A stretch of DNA of 46,410 bases, taken from the IMG/VR virus record IMGVR_UViG_3300033487_000012, positions 1 to 46,410 of that record; one strand, written 5' to 3'. Below the pieces are notes generated by a model that did not search any database, was not told where the DNA came from, and was given only the letters and a program-made list of their open reading frames with translations. Made by a program: the position numbers and the translations under genes. Numbering within the stretch: the first letter of the stretch is position 1; each line of letters begins with the position of its first letter. Source of the DNA: a virus (taxonomy: Duplodnaviria; Caudoviricetes). Shown here piece by piece: positions 8,339-17,900 of the stretch.

Positions 8339-9310
8339 ATGAGCGTTCTCGTCCACAAGGGCCAGCCGTCGCAGAGTGAAGTTCACACCGACGCCATGCT
8401 GGACAACATCAGCATCGCATACATCCAGTCGCAGGATGTATTCCTCTTTCCGAAGGTATTCCCCATCATCCCGGTCGGGAAGCAGTCGGACAAGTACTAC
8501 ACGTTCACGAAGAACGATTGGTTCCGCGACGAGGCCCAGAAGCGTGCGGATTCGACGGAGTCCGCAGGCAGCGGGTACGGCCTCTCGTCGGACAGCTACT
8601 TCTGCGACGTGTGGGCCTTCCACAAGGACGTGGGTTCGCAGACCCGCGCCAACGCCGACGCGCAGATCGACCTGGCCCGTGGCGCGGTGCAGTTCGTGAC
8701 CCAGCGCCTGTTGCTCCGGCAGGAACTTCAGTGGGTGAACGACTATTTCTCGGCCTCGTCTGGCTGGGGGACCACGGCCACGCCGTCCAACCTGTGGAGC
8801 GACTACACGGCGTCGGACCCGATGGAGGACATCGAGACGGCGAAGGAGACCATCCTGTCCACGACCGGGTTCCTGCCGAACACGCTGGTCCTGGGCTACC
8901 AGGTCATGCGGAAACTGAAGAATCACCCGGACTTCCGTGACCGGATCAAGTACACGTCGGCGGAGAATATCACCCCGGCGCTGCTCGGTTCGCTGCTGGA
9001 AATCCCGACCGTGCTGGTGGCCAAGTCCATCAAGGCCACCAACCTGGAAGGGGAAACGGCCGGGTACGCGTTCGCGCACGGCAAGCACGCGTGGCTGGGC
9101 TACGTGAACCCGACCCCCGGCCTGATGATGCCGTCGGCGGGGTACACCTTCGCCTGGACCGGTGTCAGCAGCACTCCGTCGTCCACCATCGGCATCGACT
9201 CGTTCGACATGCGTTCGATCAAGTCCACCCGGTACGAGGGCGAAGTGGCCTTCGACAACAAGGTGGTGTCGGCGGACCTCGGCTATTTCTTCAACGGGGC
9301 GGTGGCCTAG
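8339..9310 (+). CDS. Major capsid protein
   Basis: 323 aa; L.NISIAY.Q, FPIIPV.KQSDKYY, W.DYT.SDP..DI, PNTLVLG, PSAGYTF; strongly biased codon use. Confidence 0.88.
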   Translation: MSVLVHKGQPSQSEVHTDAMLDNISIAYIQSQDVFLFPKVFPIIPVGKQSDKYYTFTKNDWFRDEAQKRADSTESAGSGYGLSSDSYFCDVWAFHKDVGSQTRANADAQIDLARGAVQFVTQRLLLRQELQWVNDYFSASSGWGTTATPSNLWSDYTASDPMEDIETAKETILSTTGFLPNTLVLGYQVMRKLKNHPDFRDRIKYTSAENITPALLGSLLEIPTVLVAKSIKATNLEGETAGYAFAHGKHAWLGYVNPTPGLMMPSAGYTFAWTGVSSTPSSTIGIDSFDMRSIKSTRYEGEVAFDNKVVSADLGYFFNGAVA

Positions 9311-9323
9311 ACCACGCCCGAAT

Positions 9324-9374
9324 AGGCAACCGGCTCCGGAGCGGCTGGGTGCTCCGGGGCCGTATGCCTCTTCT
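9324..9374 (+). terminator. Stem-loop after MCP (terminator or mRNA stabiliser); second hairpin at 9384-9408
   Basis: AGGCA..CGGCTCCGGAGC / GCTCCGGGGCCG..TGCCT then CTTCT. Confidence 0.5.
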
Positions 9375-9427
9375 GATGCACGGCCCCCGGCGCATGAGGC
9401 GTCGGGGGATTACCAGGAGAAGCGTTC

Positions 9428-10135
9428 ATGCCGCAGATCATTACCAAAGGCAAAGCAATCGCAGGTCAGTATTCGCTCCTCTCCGGAGTGATGTGGATCT
9501 CCGGGACCGGTGCGCCGTCCGATGGCGTCACGGGCGCGGGAGTCGCGGAGAAGGGGTCCATCTACGCTCGGACCAGCAACGGAGCACAGTACTACAACAC
9601 GGGGACCAAGGCCTCGCCCACCTGGACACTACAGGGAACCGTGGCACCGGGCAGCGTGGGGGCTTCGGAGCTTGACGCGAGCGCCGTCGGCAGCGCCGCC
9701 ATGGACGCGACCCTGTTGCAGTATGCCGAGGTCAGCATCAGTTCGGCGGACATCGTTTCGACTTCGGCCGGCAAGCTCAGCCATGCGCAGGGCCAGATTC
9801 TGGTGGCCGCGCCGGGGGCTGGGAAAGTGATGGAGCTGGTCAGCGCCACGCTCATCTACGACTACGCCGGGGCCGGGTACGGCGGGGGCGGCAACCTGAC
9901 CATCAACTGGGAAGCTGGCGGGGCGGCGTTGACCGGCCTGGTCAGTGCCGCGAATTCCCTGGGGGCCGGGTCCGACAAAGTCGTGACCTTCTATCCGCTG
10001 GCGGTGACCGCGACTCCGATGGTCGTCAACGCGGGATTCAACCTGGTATCCTCGTCGGTGCCGTGGACGCTGGGATCGGCCACAGGCGTGGCTCGCGTGA
10101 AGGTCGTGTACCGCGTTCACACCACGGGCCTGTAA
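9428..10135 (+). CDS. Putative head fibre/decoration protein
   Basis: Directly after MCP; Gly/Ala/Ser-rich; N-terminal G.GAP..G...G.IY.R...Y...W motif. Confidence 0.55.
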   Translation: MPQIITKGKAIAGQYSLLSGVMWISGTGAPSDGVTGAGVAEKGSIYARTSNGAQYYNTGTKASPTWTLQGTVAPGSVGASELDASAVGSAAMDATLLQYAEVSISSADIVSTSAGKLSHAQGQILVAAPGAGKVMELVSATLIYDYAGAGYGGGGNLTINWEAGGAALTGLVSAANSLGAGSDKVVTFYPLAVTATPMVVNAGFNLVSSSVPWTLGSATGVARVKVVYRVHTTGL

Positions 10136-10145
10136 GGAGGTCTGA

Positions 10146-10493
10146 GTGGACATCCTATACCGTGGAGCCGTGGTTCTTGGCAGCCAGACGTTGAGCAAAA
10201 CGACTACTGCGAATCCGATGGCGGATGTGGGCGTGCTCGCGGTGGATGTGCTTCGGACCAAGTATCTCACGTTCAGCGCCACCGACAATACCTTGTCTGT
10301 CCAGATTCTGGGCAGTCAGGATGGTGGACTGACCTACCCCACGACGGTCGAGGCCGCGTTCGATGTCACGACCGGCGCACAGGTGTTGAAGACGAACACC
10401 ACGTTCTACACACACCTCAAGGTTCAGGTGGCTCCCAAGGTCGGGGGATCACATGGGACGTTGACGGTGCGGTTCAAGGGATCTTCGTACTAA
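10146..10493 (+). CDS. Hypothetical virion protein (beta-rich)
   Basis: SD aaggagg, GTG start, in structural operon. Confidence 0.65.
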   Translation: MDILYRGAVVLGSQTLSKTTTANPMADVGVLAVDVLRTKYLTFSATDNTLSVQILGSQDGGLTYPTTVEAAFDVTTGAQVLKTNTTFYTHLKVQVAPKVGGSHGTLTVRFKGSSY

Positions 10494-10509
10494 CACGGGA
10501 GGGGCAGCC

Positions 10510-10713
10510 ATGTTGTGCGTTGTGCAGAAGAAGTTCGATGGGCCGGGTGACCGGCATTACACGGTCGGTGAACTGGTGGATGCGACGGACTGGCGACTTC
10601 GCGACAAACTGATTGAGGGCCGCTACATGCGTCCCGCGACGGAACGCGAAGTCGCCTCAGCCGAAGAAGTGGACGTGCCGGACAAGCCGGTGCGGAAACG
10701 GAGCAAACGGTGA
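10510..10713 (+). CDS. Small hypothetical protein (head-tail region)
   Basis: SD ggaggg; Y..GE.V...LI..RY pattern typical of small neck-region proteins. Confidence 0.65.
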   Translation: MLCVVQKKFDGPGDRHYTVGELVDATDWRLRDKLIEGRYMRPATEREVASAEEVDVPDKPVRKRSKR

Positions 10714-11120
10714 GCTGGACGTACGACATCCTGTTGGCGACCAACCGGGACAAGGTCCGACTGTTGATCGGGGACACGCTGTCCACCGATCAACAGTTCT
10801 CGGACGAGGAACTGGATTGGTTGTTGCTCGAGAATGGGAACGGTCTGTACCGGACGGCGGCAGCGGCGTGTCGGGCGCTTGCGACTCGGTACAGCAGGTA
10901 TGCGGACAAGTGGGTTGGGGATCTGAAGATTCTGGCCTCCCAGAAGTCCCGCAGTTACCTGGCGATGGCGCAGGAACTGGACAAGAAATCCAGTGCCTCG
11001 TCATGGGCCGTTCCCACCGCTGGCGGCGTGTACGTGGACGAGAAGGAAGCGGCGGCGGCAGACACGTCGCTGGTGCAGCCAGAATTCGTGCGCGGGATGA
11101 TGACGAACACGGAGTCGTAG
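10710..11120 (+). CDS. Head-to-tail adaptor
   Basis: SWTY...D.VRLLIGDT...SDEE motif; synteny. Confidence 0.8.
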   Translation: MSWTYDILLATNRDKVRLLIGDTLSTDQQFSDEELDWLLLENGNGLYRTAAAACRALATRYSRYADKWVGDLKILASQKSRSYLAMAQELDKKSSASSWAVPTAGGVYVDEKEAAAADTSLVQPEFVRGMMTNTES

Positions 11121-11121
11121 C

Positions 11122-11484
11122 ATGTTCGAGTCCGAGTTCCTGACGATGATGCCGCATACGGTGACGATTTACCCCAGAACGGGGTACACCACCAATGGGA
11201 TCCCGTCGCACTCGTCCACGGGCAAGGCATATCGGGCCAGAATCGTCGGAAAGAATCTGTCGTTGCGCCGGTCGTTGACCCAGGAACAGACGGTGGTGTT
11301 TGACATCTACCTGAACTCGGGCGGCGACGTGATCGGGATGGAGGACAAAGTCGAGTTGCCGAATGACGGGGCGTGGCTGGACCGGTATCCGATCCTGTTC
11401 GCGGTAGCCCGGTCCACGGATGAAGACGGACATCACCATACGAAGTTGCAGTGCGGGTGGATGTACCACCGGCAGGGACAGTAA
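11122..11484 (+). CDS. Head-to-tail stopper/joining protein
   Basis: M.HTVTI..., beta-rich 120 aa; synteny. Confidence 0.65.
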   Translation: MFESEFLTMMPHTVTIYPRTGYTTNGIPSHSSTGKAYRARIVGKNLSLRRSLTQEQTVVFDIYLNSGGDVIGMEDKVELPNDGAWLDRYPILFAVARSTDEDGHHHTKLQCGWMYHRQGQ

Positions 11485-11485
11485 G

Positions 11486-12190
11486 ATGCCTACTTATCTT
11501 GGTGGAGCAGAACTCGAGGCTAGGCGACTGGCCAGCAAGATATCTAGGACTACCCTTTTCAACATCAGTGTCACGGCTGAACTTCAGGGGCTACAGCGTC
11601 AGTGGGGCAAATCCTCTCTGGCGGGGACCGCCGGGGGCATTGTTGTCGAGGGAGTTGAAGAAGTAAAAGAGAACGTTGAGGCCCTCAGGGACGGGATCAT
11701 CTCGCAGTGTGCGATGCAAAGCAAAATCGGGGCGAAGGCCATCAAGGACTTTGCCTATCATATTTGTCCAGAGAAAAGCGGAGCGTTGAAGAGCACGGGT
11801 AAGGTTAGTGAGGTGGATGTGACCGAGTCGGCGGTCATGGACGAGATGATCTGGCCCACGGGGGTCGGTCCCGCAAACTTTACCTTTACGCAAAAGCAGC
11901 GAATGGTGTATGAAGTCTCATTCGGGGGAGAAGCAGCCAACGGGATCAACGTGGACTATGCGGCCTTTGTGCATGAGGCCGAGGGTATCACTATCCACAC
12001 AGACGTGAATCCGGACGCCACGGACCACTATCTGTTCAAAGCCTATGAGGAGTACAAAGACTACATTCCACGACGGATTGTGGAGCGTGTGCAAGCTCAG
12101 ATCATAAGGGCCGGGATGCGTGCGACCGCAGCAAGATCTAGTGTGGCATCAGGCCTAGTGCATGGGGACGACGACGAGGTGCCGTTCTAA
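11486..12190 (+). CDS. HK97 gp10-like neck/tail completion protein
   Basis: CPEKSGALKST, VDYAAFVHE, HYLFKA motifs; start re-called at ATG 11486. Confidence 0.65.
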   Translation: MPTYLGGAELEARRLASKISRTTLFNISVTAELQGLQRQWGKSSLAGTAGGIVVEGVEEVKENVEALRDGIISQCAMQSKIGAKAIKDFAYHICPEKSGALKSTGKVSEVDVTESAVMDEMIWPTGVGPANFTFTQKQRMVYEVSFGGEAANGINVDYAAFVHEAEGITIHTDVNPDATDHYLFKAYEEYKDYIPRRIVERVQAQIIRAGMRATAARSSVASGLVHGDDDEVPF

Positions 12191-12191
12191 C

Positions 12192-12590
12192 ATGAGTACT
12201 CTTACCGAACTGGGCGCGTATCTCGTGACGAAGAGCATCGGTACCCTGGGTACGACCATGTTCCTGGGACCGCTACCCATGGGGGTGACGGCAGGTGTCG
12301 CGGTCCAAATGGTCACCGGAGGGCGTGTTGTCCGAGCGATGGGTCCGGTCTTGGGTGCGCCCGTAGCGGATACTCCCTCGTTCCAGGTAGTGGTGCGGAA
12401 TCCGGATCACACGGCGGGAGAGACAAAAGTCAAAGCCGTGATTGATGCGCTGGACCATTACTGGGGCACGTTGAGCGGTACAAGTTATCTGTACATGGAG
12501 TTAGAGTACGGCCCCATCTATTTGGGATTGGACGAGAACAACCGTCACCGCTGGTCTACTGTGTTTCGGGCAACGAAGAGGCGCTCATGA
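12192..12590 (+). CDS. Tail terminator protein
   Basis: PSFQVVVR, PIYLGLDENNRHRWS motifs; upstream of tail tube genes. Confidence 0.75.
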   Translation: MSTLTELGAYLVTKSIGTLGTTMFLGPLPMGVTAGVAVQMVTGGRVVRAMGPVLGAPVADTPSFQVVVRNPDHTAGETKVKAVIDALDHYWGTLSGTSYLYMELEYGPIYLGLDENNRHRWSTVFRATKRRS

Positions 12591-12856
12591 TCGAAGACCT
12601 CATCATGAAGCAACTGGCGGCGACACGCGCTTCGGCGGAGGCGCTGATTCAGAGCATCGACATGTTTCAGTCGTTGGTCGCGGACAAACCTGCCCCTGGG
12701 AAGGCACCAGCGCCTCCGCCGCCTTCGCCGATGTCCTTGAATGCGGATGAGTGCGATCATCCAAAGGAACACAGGTTGCCGACGCCGACCATGGGCAATC
12801 TGCAGCGCCAGATGTGCGGCGTGTGCGGGAAGGAGATCTCCCGTGAGGGCGAGTAA
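12587..12856 (+). CDS. Small protein with C-terminal Cys/His zinc ribbon
   Basis: ATGA coupling; helix, Pro-rich linker, CDH...CGVC. Confidence 0.6.
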   Translation: MIEDLIMKQLAATRASAEALIQSIDMFQSLVADKPAPGKAPAPPPPSPMSLNADECDHPKEHRLPTPTMGNLQRQMCGVCGKEISREGE

Positions 12857-12916
12857 CGGATACGAGGCGGACAACGGGGCTGACGCCCCAGCAGGTCACG
12901 ATAAGGAGGAGGGCTA

Positions 12917-13648
12917 ATGTCCACGTTGGTTATCACAGACGCCAAGATTCTGGTTGGCGGGTACAACCTCAGCGCGTTCCACTCGTCCTGCGAGATGACG
13001 TACGAGGTCGAGATTCTGGACGACACGACCTTCGGCACCAGCGGCACCCGGTCGGCCAAGCCGGGGCTGAAGACGTTCTCGTTCACGGGCAACATGTTCT
13101 GGGACACCTCGGTGGACGAGATGCTGTTCAACCGCATCGGCGCGACACCCGAGGTCATGAGCATCGCGCCCGTGGGCAACGCCGAGGGTGACCGGTCCTA
13201 CTGTTTGAAGGGTGTGGGCGCGACGTATTCTCCCGCCAGCGGTGAGGTCGGCGCACTGATGCGGACGAACCTGGACGCACGGGCGTCTGGCACGCCGCTG
13301 GTTCGGGGTCAGCTGATGGCGACCGGGGCCAAGGCCGCGACCGGGGCCGGCAGCGGGGGCCAGTACGGAGCCGTAGCCGCTGGGCACACCATCTACAGCG
13401 CGTTGCACGTCACGGCCATCTCGGGAACGGCGGTCCCGACCTTCACGGGGATCATCGAGTCGGACGACAACGGATCGTTCACCTCGGCCACGACGCGGCT
13501 GACGCACACAGCGATGACCGCGATTGGCGCGAACTGGCAGCAGTCGTTGAGCGTGGCCGGGATCACGGACGACTACTGGCGTGCCAGCTGGACCATCAGC
13601 GGCACGGACCCGTCGTTCACGGTGTTCTGGACTTTCGGGATTCTCTAA
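12917..13648 (+). CDS. Tail tube-like protein 1 with extra C-terminal beta domain
   Basis: LDDTTFGTSGTRSAKPGLK motif; SD aaggaggagg. Confidence 0.75.
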   Translation: MSTLVITDAKILVGGYNLSAFHSSCEMTYEVEILDDTTFGTSGTRSAKPGLKTFSFTGNMFWDTSVDEMLFNRIGATPEVMSIAPVGNAEGDRSYCLKGVGATYSPASGEVGALMRTNLDARASGTPLVRGQLMATGAKAATGAGSGGQYGAVAAGHTIYSALHVTAISGTAVPTFTGIIESDDNGSFTSATTRLTHTAMTAIGANWQQSLSVAGITDDYWRASWTISGTDPSFTVFWTFGIL

Positions 13649-13671
13649 ACTAGGGCTAGGAGGACATTGAC

Positions 13672-14097
13672 ATGGCAACGATGGTGTACACCGACGCGTT
13701 TGTGAGCATCAACAGCGTCGATCTGAGCGATCACGTGAAGTCCGTCACCCTGACGTACGAGGCGGAAGTGCTGGACGACACCACGATGGGCACGAGCGGC
13801 ACGCGGTCCGCGAAGGCCGGTCTGAAGAACTGGACCCTCGAGGTGAATTTCCTCCAGGATTACGGGGCGGCCAGCGTCGATGCCACCCTGTTCCCGCTGG
13901 TGGGTGCCGCGCCGTTCCCGATCAAGGTGCGGCCCATCAAGACCGACGCCATCAGCGCGACGAACCCCGAGTATCAGGGCAATGCCATCCTGGCGTCGTA
14001 CCCGCCGCTGACCGGTGAGGTCGGAGCGCTGGGTACGGCCACCGGGTCGTTCAGGGCCGGAGGCGGGTCGTCGTTGACCCGCGACGTGACGCCGTAA
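13672..14097 (+). CDS. Major tail tube protein 2
   Basis: DLSDHVKSVTL, LDDTTMGTSGTRSAKAGLK, TNPEYQG motifs. Confidence 0.8.
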   Translation: MATMVYTDAFVSINSVDLSDHVKSVTLTYEAEVLDDTTMGTSGTRSAKAGLKNWTLEVNFLQDYGAASVDATLFPLVGAAPFPIKVRPIKTDAISATNPEYQGNAILASYPPLTGEVGALGTATGSFRAGGGSSLTRDVTP

Positions 14098-14121
14098 CGA
14101 AAAGCGCCACCGGACGGGGGC

Positions 14122-14197
14122 TTAGCGCCCCTGTAGGCGCATTTCACGGGGCGGGGGGTATCCCGGTATCCCCCCGGCCCCAAAAACGGCCGTACGG
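14122..14197 (+). repeat. Dispersed intergenic ~76-bp element, copy A
   Basis: Shares TTA.CGCCCCTG.AGG.GC, an exact CGGGGGGTATCCC and CGG.CCC.AAAA with 42549-42625. Confidence 0.6.
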
Positions 14198-14275
14198 CCA
14201 CTATAGCGGTCCGCATGGGGTGGGCCGCTATACCCCGTTCCGGCCCGTGGAACCCTACCAAAGGAGGGTGTCGTC

Positions 14276-14701
14276 ATGTTGATTGAGAAAACCCCGTTCA
14301 CGTTGTTCGAGTCCTTCGAACGAGACAAGAACGGCGTCATCAAGCGCCGTGCTCTTCGTTTCGACCTCAACGCTCTGGCCGACTTCGAACAAGAAGTGGG
14401 CATGGGCATTGCCCAGCTGATGCAGACCAAGGCCATCTTCGCGACCACCCGCGCCCTGCTGTGGGCGGGGTTGAAGCACGAAGACCGTGGGCTGACGGTG
14501 GACCGCATGGGCGACCTCATCAGCACCTACATCCGCAATGGCGGCGACCTGACCATGGCGTTGCAGGCCGCATTCCAGGCAGCGGTGGAGCAGGGTGCCC
14601 TGGGATCTCCGGACCGTGAGGAGACTCCCCAGGGAAACGCGCCCGTCCCGACACCAGCGCCGGGTCCGGTGCCGGTCGAGGGCGGAAATCCCGAAAGTTA
14701 A
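14276..14701 (+). CDS. Tail assembly chaperone (G)
   Basis: LRFDLNAL..FE, RALLWAGLKHED; between tail tube and TMP; contains slippery site. Confidence 0.85.
   Translation: MLIEKTPFTLFESFERDKNGVIKRRALRFDLNALADFEQEVGMGIAQLMQTKAIFATTRALLWAGLKHEDRGLTVDRMGDLISTYIRNGGDLTMALQAAFQAAVEQGALGSPDREETPQGNAPVPTPAPGPVPVEGGNPES
14632..14638 (+). promoter_or_regulatory. -1 programmed ribosomal frameshift site G GGA AAC
   Basis: X XXY YYZ heptamer in the correct frame (CAG GGA AAC = QGN); the -1 frame is open to 14973. Confidence 0.85.
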
Positions 14702-14973
14702 GTATCCGGTGGCGGGAGTGGATCACCGAGAATGAGCCGTACGCATTTGGGCCGCTTCAACTAAAGCCCAAGGAGTTTCGCAAGATGACCCCTGCCGAGT
14801 ACGCGGCGCTGTACAAGGGGTGGATCTGGCGGATGCGTGCAGCTGAAGACCGGGACTGCGTGTGGTCGTGCATGATCATCAACCACATGGGCACACTAAA
14901 GAATCCACTGAACCCGGTTCGTATCCTTGGCCGTCCGCTGACGAGAATGCCGAAGGTGGGTGACGACTCATGA
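14632..14973 (+). CDS. Frameshift extension of tail assembly chaperone (GT)
   Basis: -1 frame reads ...WREWITENEPYAFGPLQLKPKEFRKMTPAEY... and ends overlapping the TMP start. Confidence 0.8.
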   Translation, partial: GKRARPDTSAGSGAGRGRKSRKLSIRWREWITENEPYAFGPLQLKPKEFRKMTPAEYAALYKGWIWRMRAAEDRDCVWSCMIINHMGTLKNPLNPVRILGRPLTRMPKVGDDS

Positions 14974-17900
14974 TTGGTGGAACTACCGTCGGAACGATCT
15001 TTGTCAGGGTTGGCGCGGATGCGTCCGGTCTGGTGACCGGATTCCAGAAGGCCACACGCGAAATCGAACGCTTCGGTTCGCGTGTGTTCTTCATGGGATC
15101 TCGTATGACGGCCGGGATCACGATGCCCATTATGGTCGCAGCCGGGGCCGTGGGCAAGTTCGGCGTCGAATTCGACAAGGCCATGACCGAGTCGTTAGCC
15201 ATCATGGATGGCGTGACGCCGAAGATTCGGAAGGACATGGAGGAGGTAGCCCGGTCCATTTCCGAGTCGTCGAAGTATTCGGCCAAGGAAGCGGCTGAAG
15301 GATTCTATCACCTCGCGTCGGCCGGGTATTCCGCGACCGAGGCCATGCAGCTGTTGCCGGTCACCACGCGCTTTGCCCAGGCCGGGGTCATGGACCTGGC
15401 CAAAGCGACCGAGTATCTCGCTGGCGCCCAGCAGTCGCTGGGAATGCGGATGGAAGATCCGATTGAAAACGCCAAGGAGATGACGCGGATTTCCGATGTC
15501 CTGACGGAAGCCAACAACCGGGCGCTGGGCACCATCGAAGATTTCGCCCAAGCCATCACGAACAAAGCCGGCGCGCAGTTGCGTATCTACAACAAGACCG
15601 TGGAGGAGGGCACGGCCGCGTTGATGGCGCTCGCATCCCAGAACGTGAAGGGCCGGTTGGCCGGGCAGCAACTGTACATGGTCATGCGCGACTTGGCCCG
15701 ATTCTCATTGGCCAATGCGGATGCCTGGAAGAAGTACGGTATCTCGGTCTACGACGCCGTGGGCAACATGCGGAACCTTGGCGACATCATTACTGATGTT
15801 GACAAGGCCATGAACAAGATGTCAGTCGTGGAACAGACCAAGATGTGGAAGGCCTTGGGGTTCACCGACCGCACCCGTGCCGCGATTCAGTACTTCCGTG
15901 GCATGGGCCAGGAGATGCACAATTATGAGAATGCCCTGAACAACGCGGCGGGGGCCACCGAACGCGTAGCCAACAACCAGATGAAGGCATTTGCGAACCA
16001 GATGCAAGTCGTCTGGAACAAGATCAAGAATGTCGCTATCGAATTGTTCAATGCTTTTGCCCCGACGCTCCTGAATATCGTCATCCCCGCTGTCGAACGG
16101 TTGATTGAGCGGTTTGCGAAGTTCGCCAAATGGGTCTCGACGTGGTCAGACCAGACCAAGGTATTGACGTTGATATTCCTTGGACTGGCCGCAGCCATGG
16201 GGCCAATCATCACCGTCATGGGGTCTCAGATTCTGTTCCTGAGCGCTATAGTCGGTGGGTTCACCGCCCTGGGCACATCCATCCGCTTTATCACGGGATT
16301 GGTGGTCACCGCGACCAAGGCCTGGAACGACTATGCCAAGGCCCAGGGCGCGGTCACATTGGCCCAATCATTCGCGTGGGCCTCGGGTGCGGTGCCGGGT
16401 GCGGCCACATCCAAAGCGGTATCCACGACAGGGGCGAAAGTCGCAACGGGGGCCGCAGCCGCCGCCGCCCTAGGGCCGGGCGCACGGCAGACCATTAGCG
16501 CGGGACTGTTGGCCTATCGTCAGGAGGAATTGGCCGCACGTCAAGCCGCTGCCGCGATTGCGGGATTGTCCGCCGCGCAGATCGCGTCGATGAAGATGAT
16601 GGCCACGAACGCGCCCGAGGTCACCCGGAAGATGGGTGAACTGACCAGGGCCGCGGTTGCGTCATCTGCCGCCACCACGAATGCCGTAGCGAGTGGAGCA
16701 AAGAACGTCGGCGTCCTGAACAGCATCGTAACCCACTCCCTAAACCTACTGGGCAAAGTTCCCATGGGGATCGGGTTGTTTGTCCGGGGCATTCTGGGAC
16801 CGTTTGCGGCGATTGCGACGGGTGTTCGCTTGTTCTCGGACAGCTGGTCCGAGGCGTTCATGGTGATCTGGAACGTCACCATGAAGATTCCGAATCAGGT
16901 CATTGGCATCCTACGTTCTCTCCAGAAGCAGATGGAGCCGGTCATCGACCTGCTGTTCGGAGATGACACGGTCTCCGATATGAAGCGTGCGGTCGGGACA
17001 TGGGACGAATGGAAGACGGCCGCGTCAGACCTGGGCACGGTATCGTGGAACTGGATCAACGACCTCATCAAGCAGTTCAACAAGTTGGCGGAGGAGGAAC
17101 GGAACGCCTACTACTACATCCCGCTGATTTCCGACGCGTTGAAAGCGTTAAGTAAACTGACGTTCGGGACCGACCTCAAGAATGAAATCAAGAATGCGTT
17201 GTTCCCCGGCGTCGGGTTCATGCAAGCGGCGTGGGAACTGATAAAGCATCAGACCGGGGCCAAATCCGTTCCGGACCTTCTGAGCCTGATGACCTATAGT
17301 GGCGAGGAAGGTCAGGCCCGTGTGGACGAGTCCGAACGTGCCGCCCGTGCCGCGTTTGAGAAGCAGATGGGCGAACTGTACGGCGCCAGTAGCGGGATGC
17401 CGTATGTCGGATTCCCTGGAACTAACTTACCCGGTCGTCCCTACACGCCCAGTGCTTCAGTAATCAGTGGGCCAGCCCCTGAGCGGATGTTCACGCCGGG
17501 ATACCTTGGACCCGCGTACGAAGCGATGGGTGGAACCGGGGGGATGACGGGTCAGATATCCGGTTTGCCGCAGATGTTGTCCGGATTCGAGAAGGTAGGA
17601 AAGCTCCCCGAGTTCATGAAGGAGGTTCAGAAGGTATGGTACCGGTTGGCCAAAGCTCCTCCAGAAGAGCGGCAAAAGGCCACGATGGAAGTCATCGAGC
17701 GATATCAGGCCCAGATGAAGGAGGGGGCGTTCCCCGAGGGGCTGCAGAAACCCACCCGTCCCGAACCGGTGGACCGGAATCTTTCTTCCCAGAGAGACTA
17801 CTTCTCCCGATACACCGAGGGTCAGTCCAACGATTTGAAGAACATGGCCGCTGCCGCGACGAATGCGGCCATCATGTTCTTTGACGCGTTCCCCGATGCG

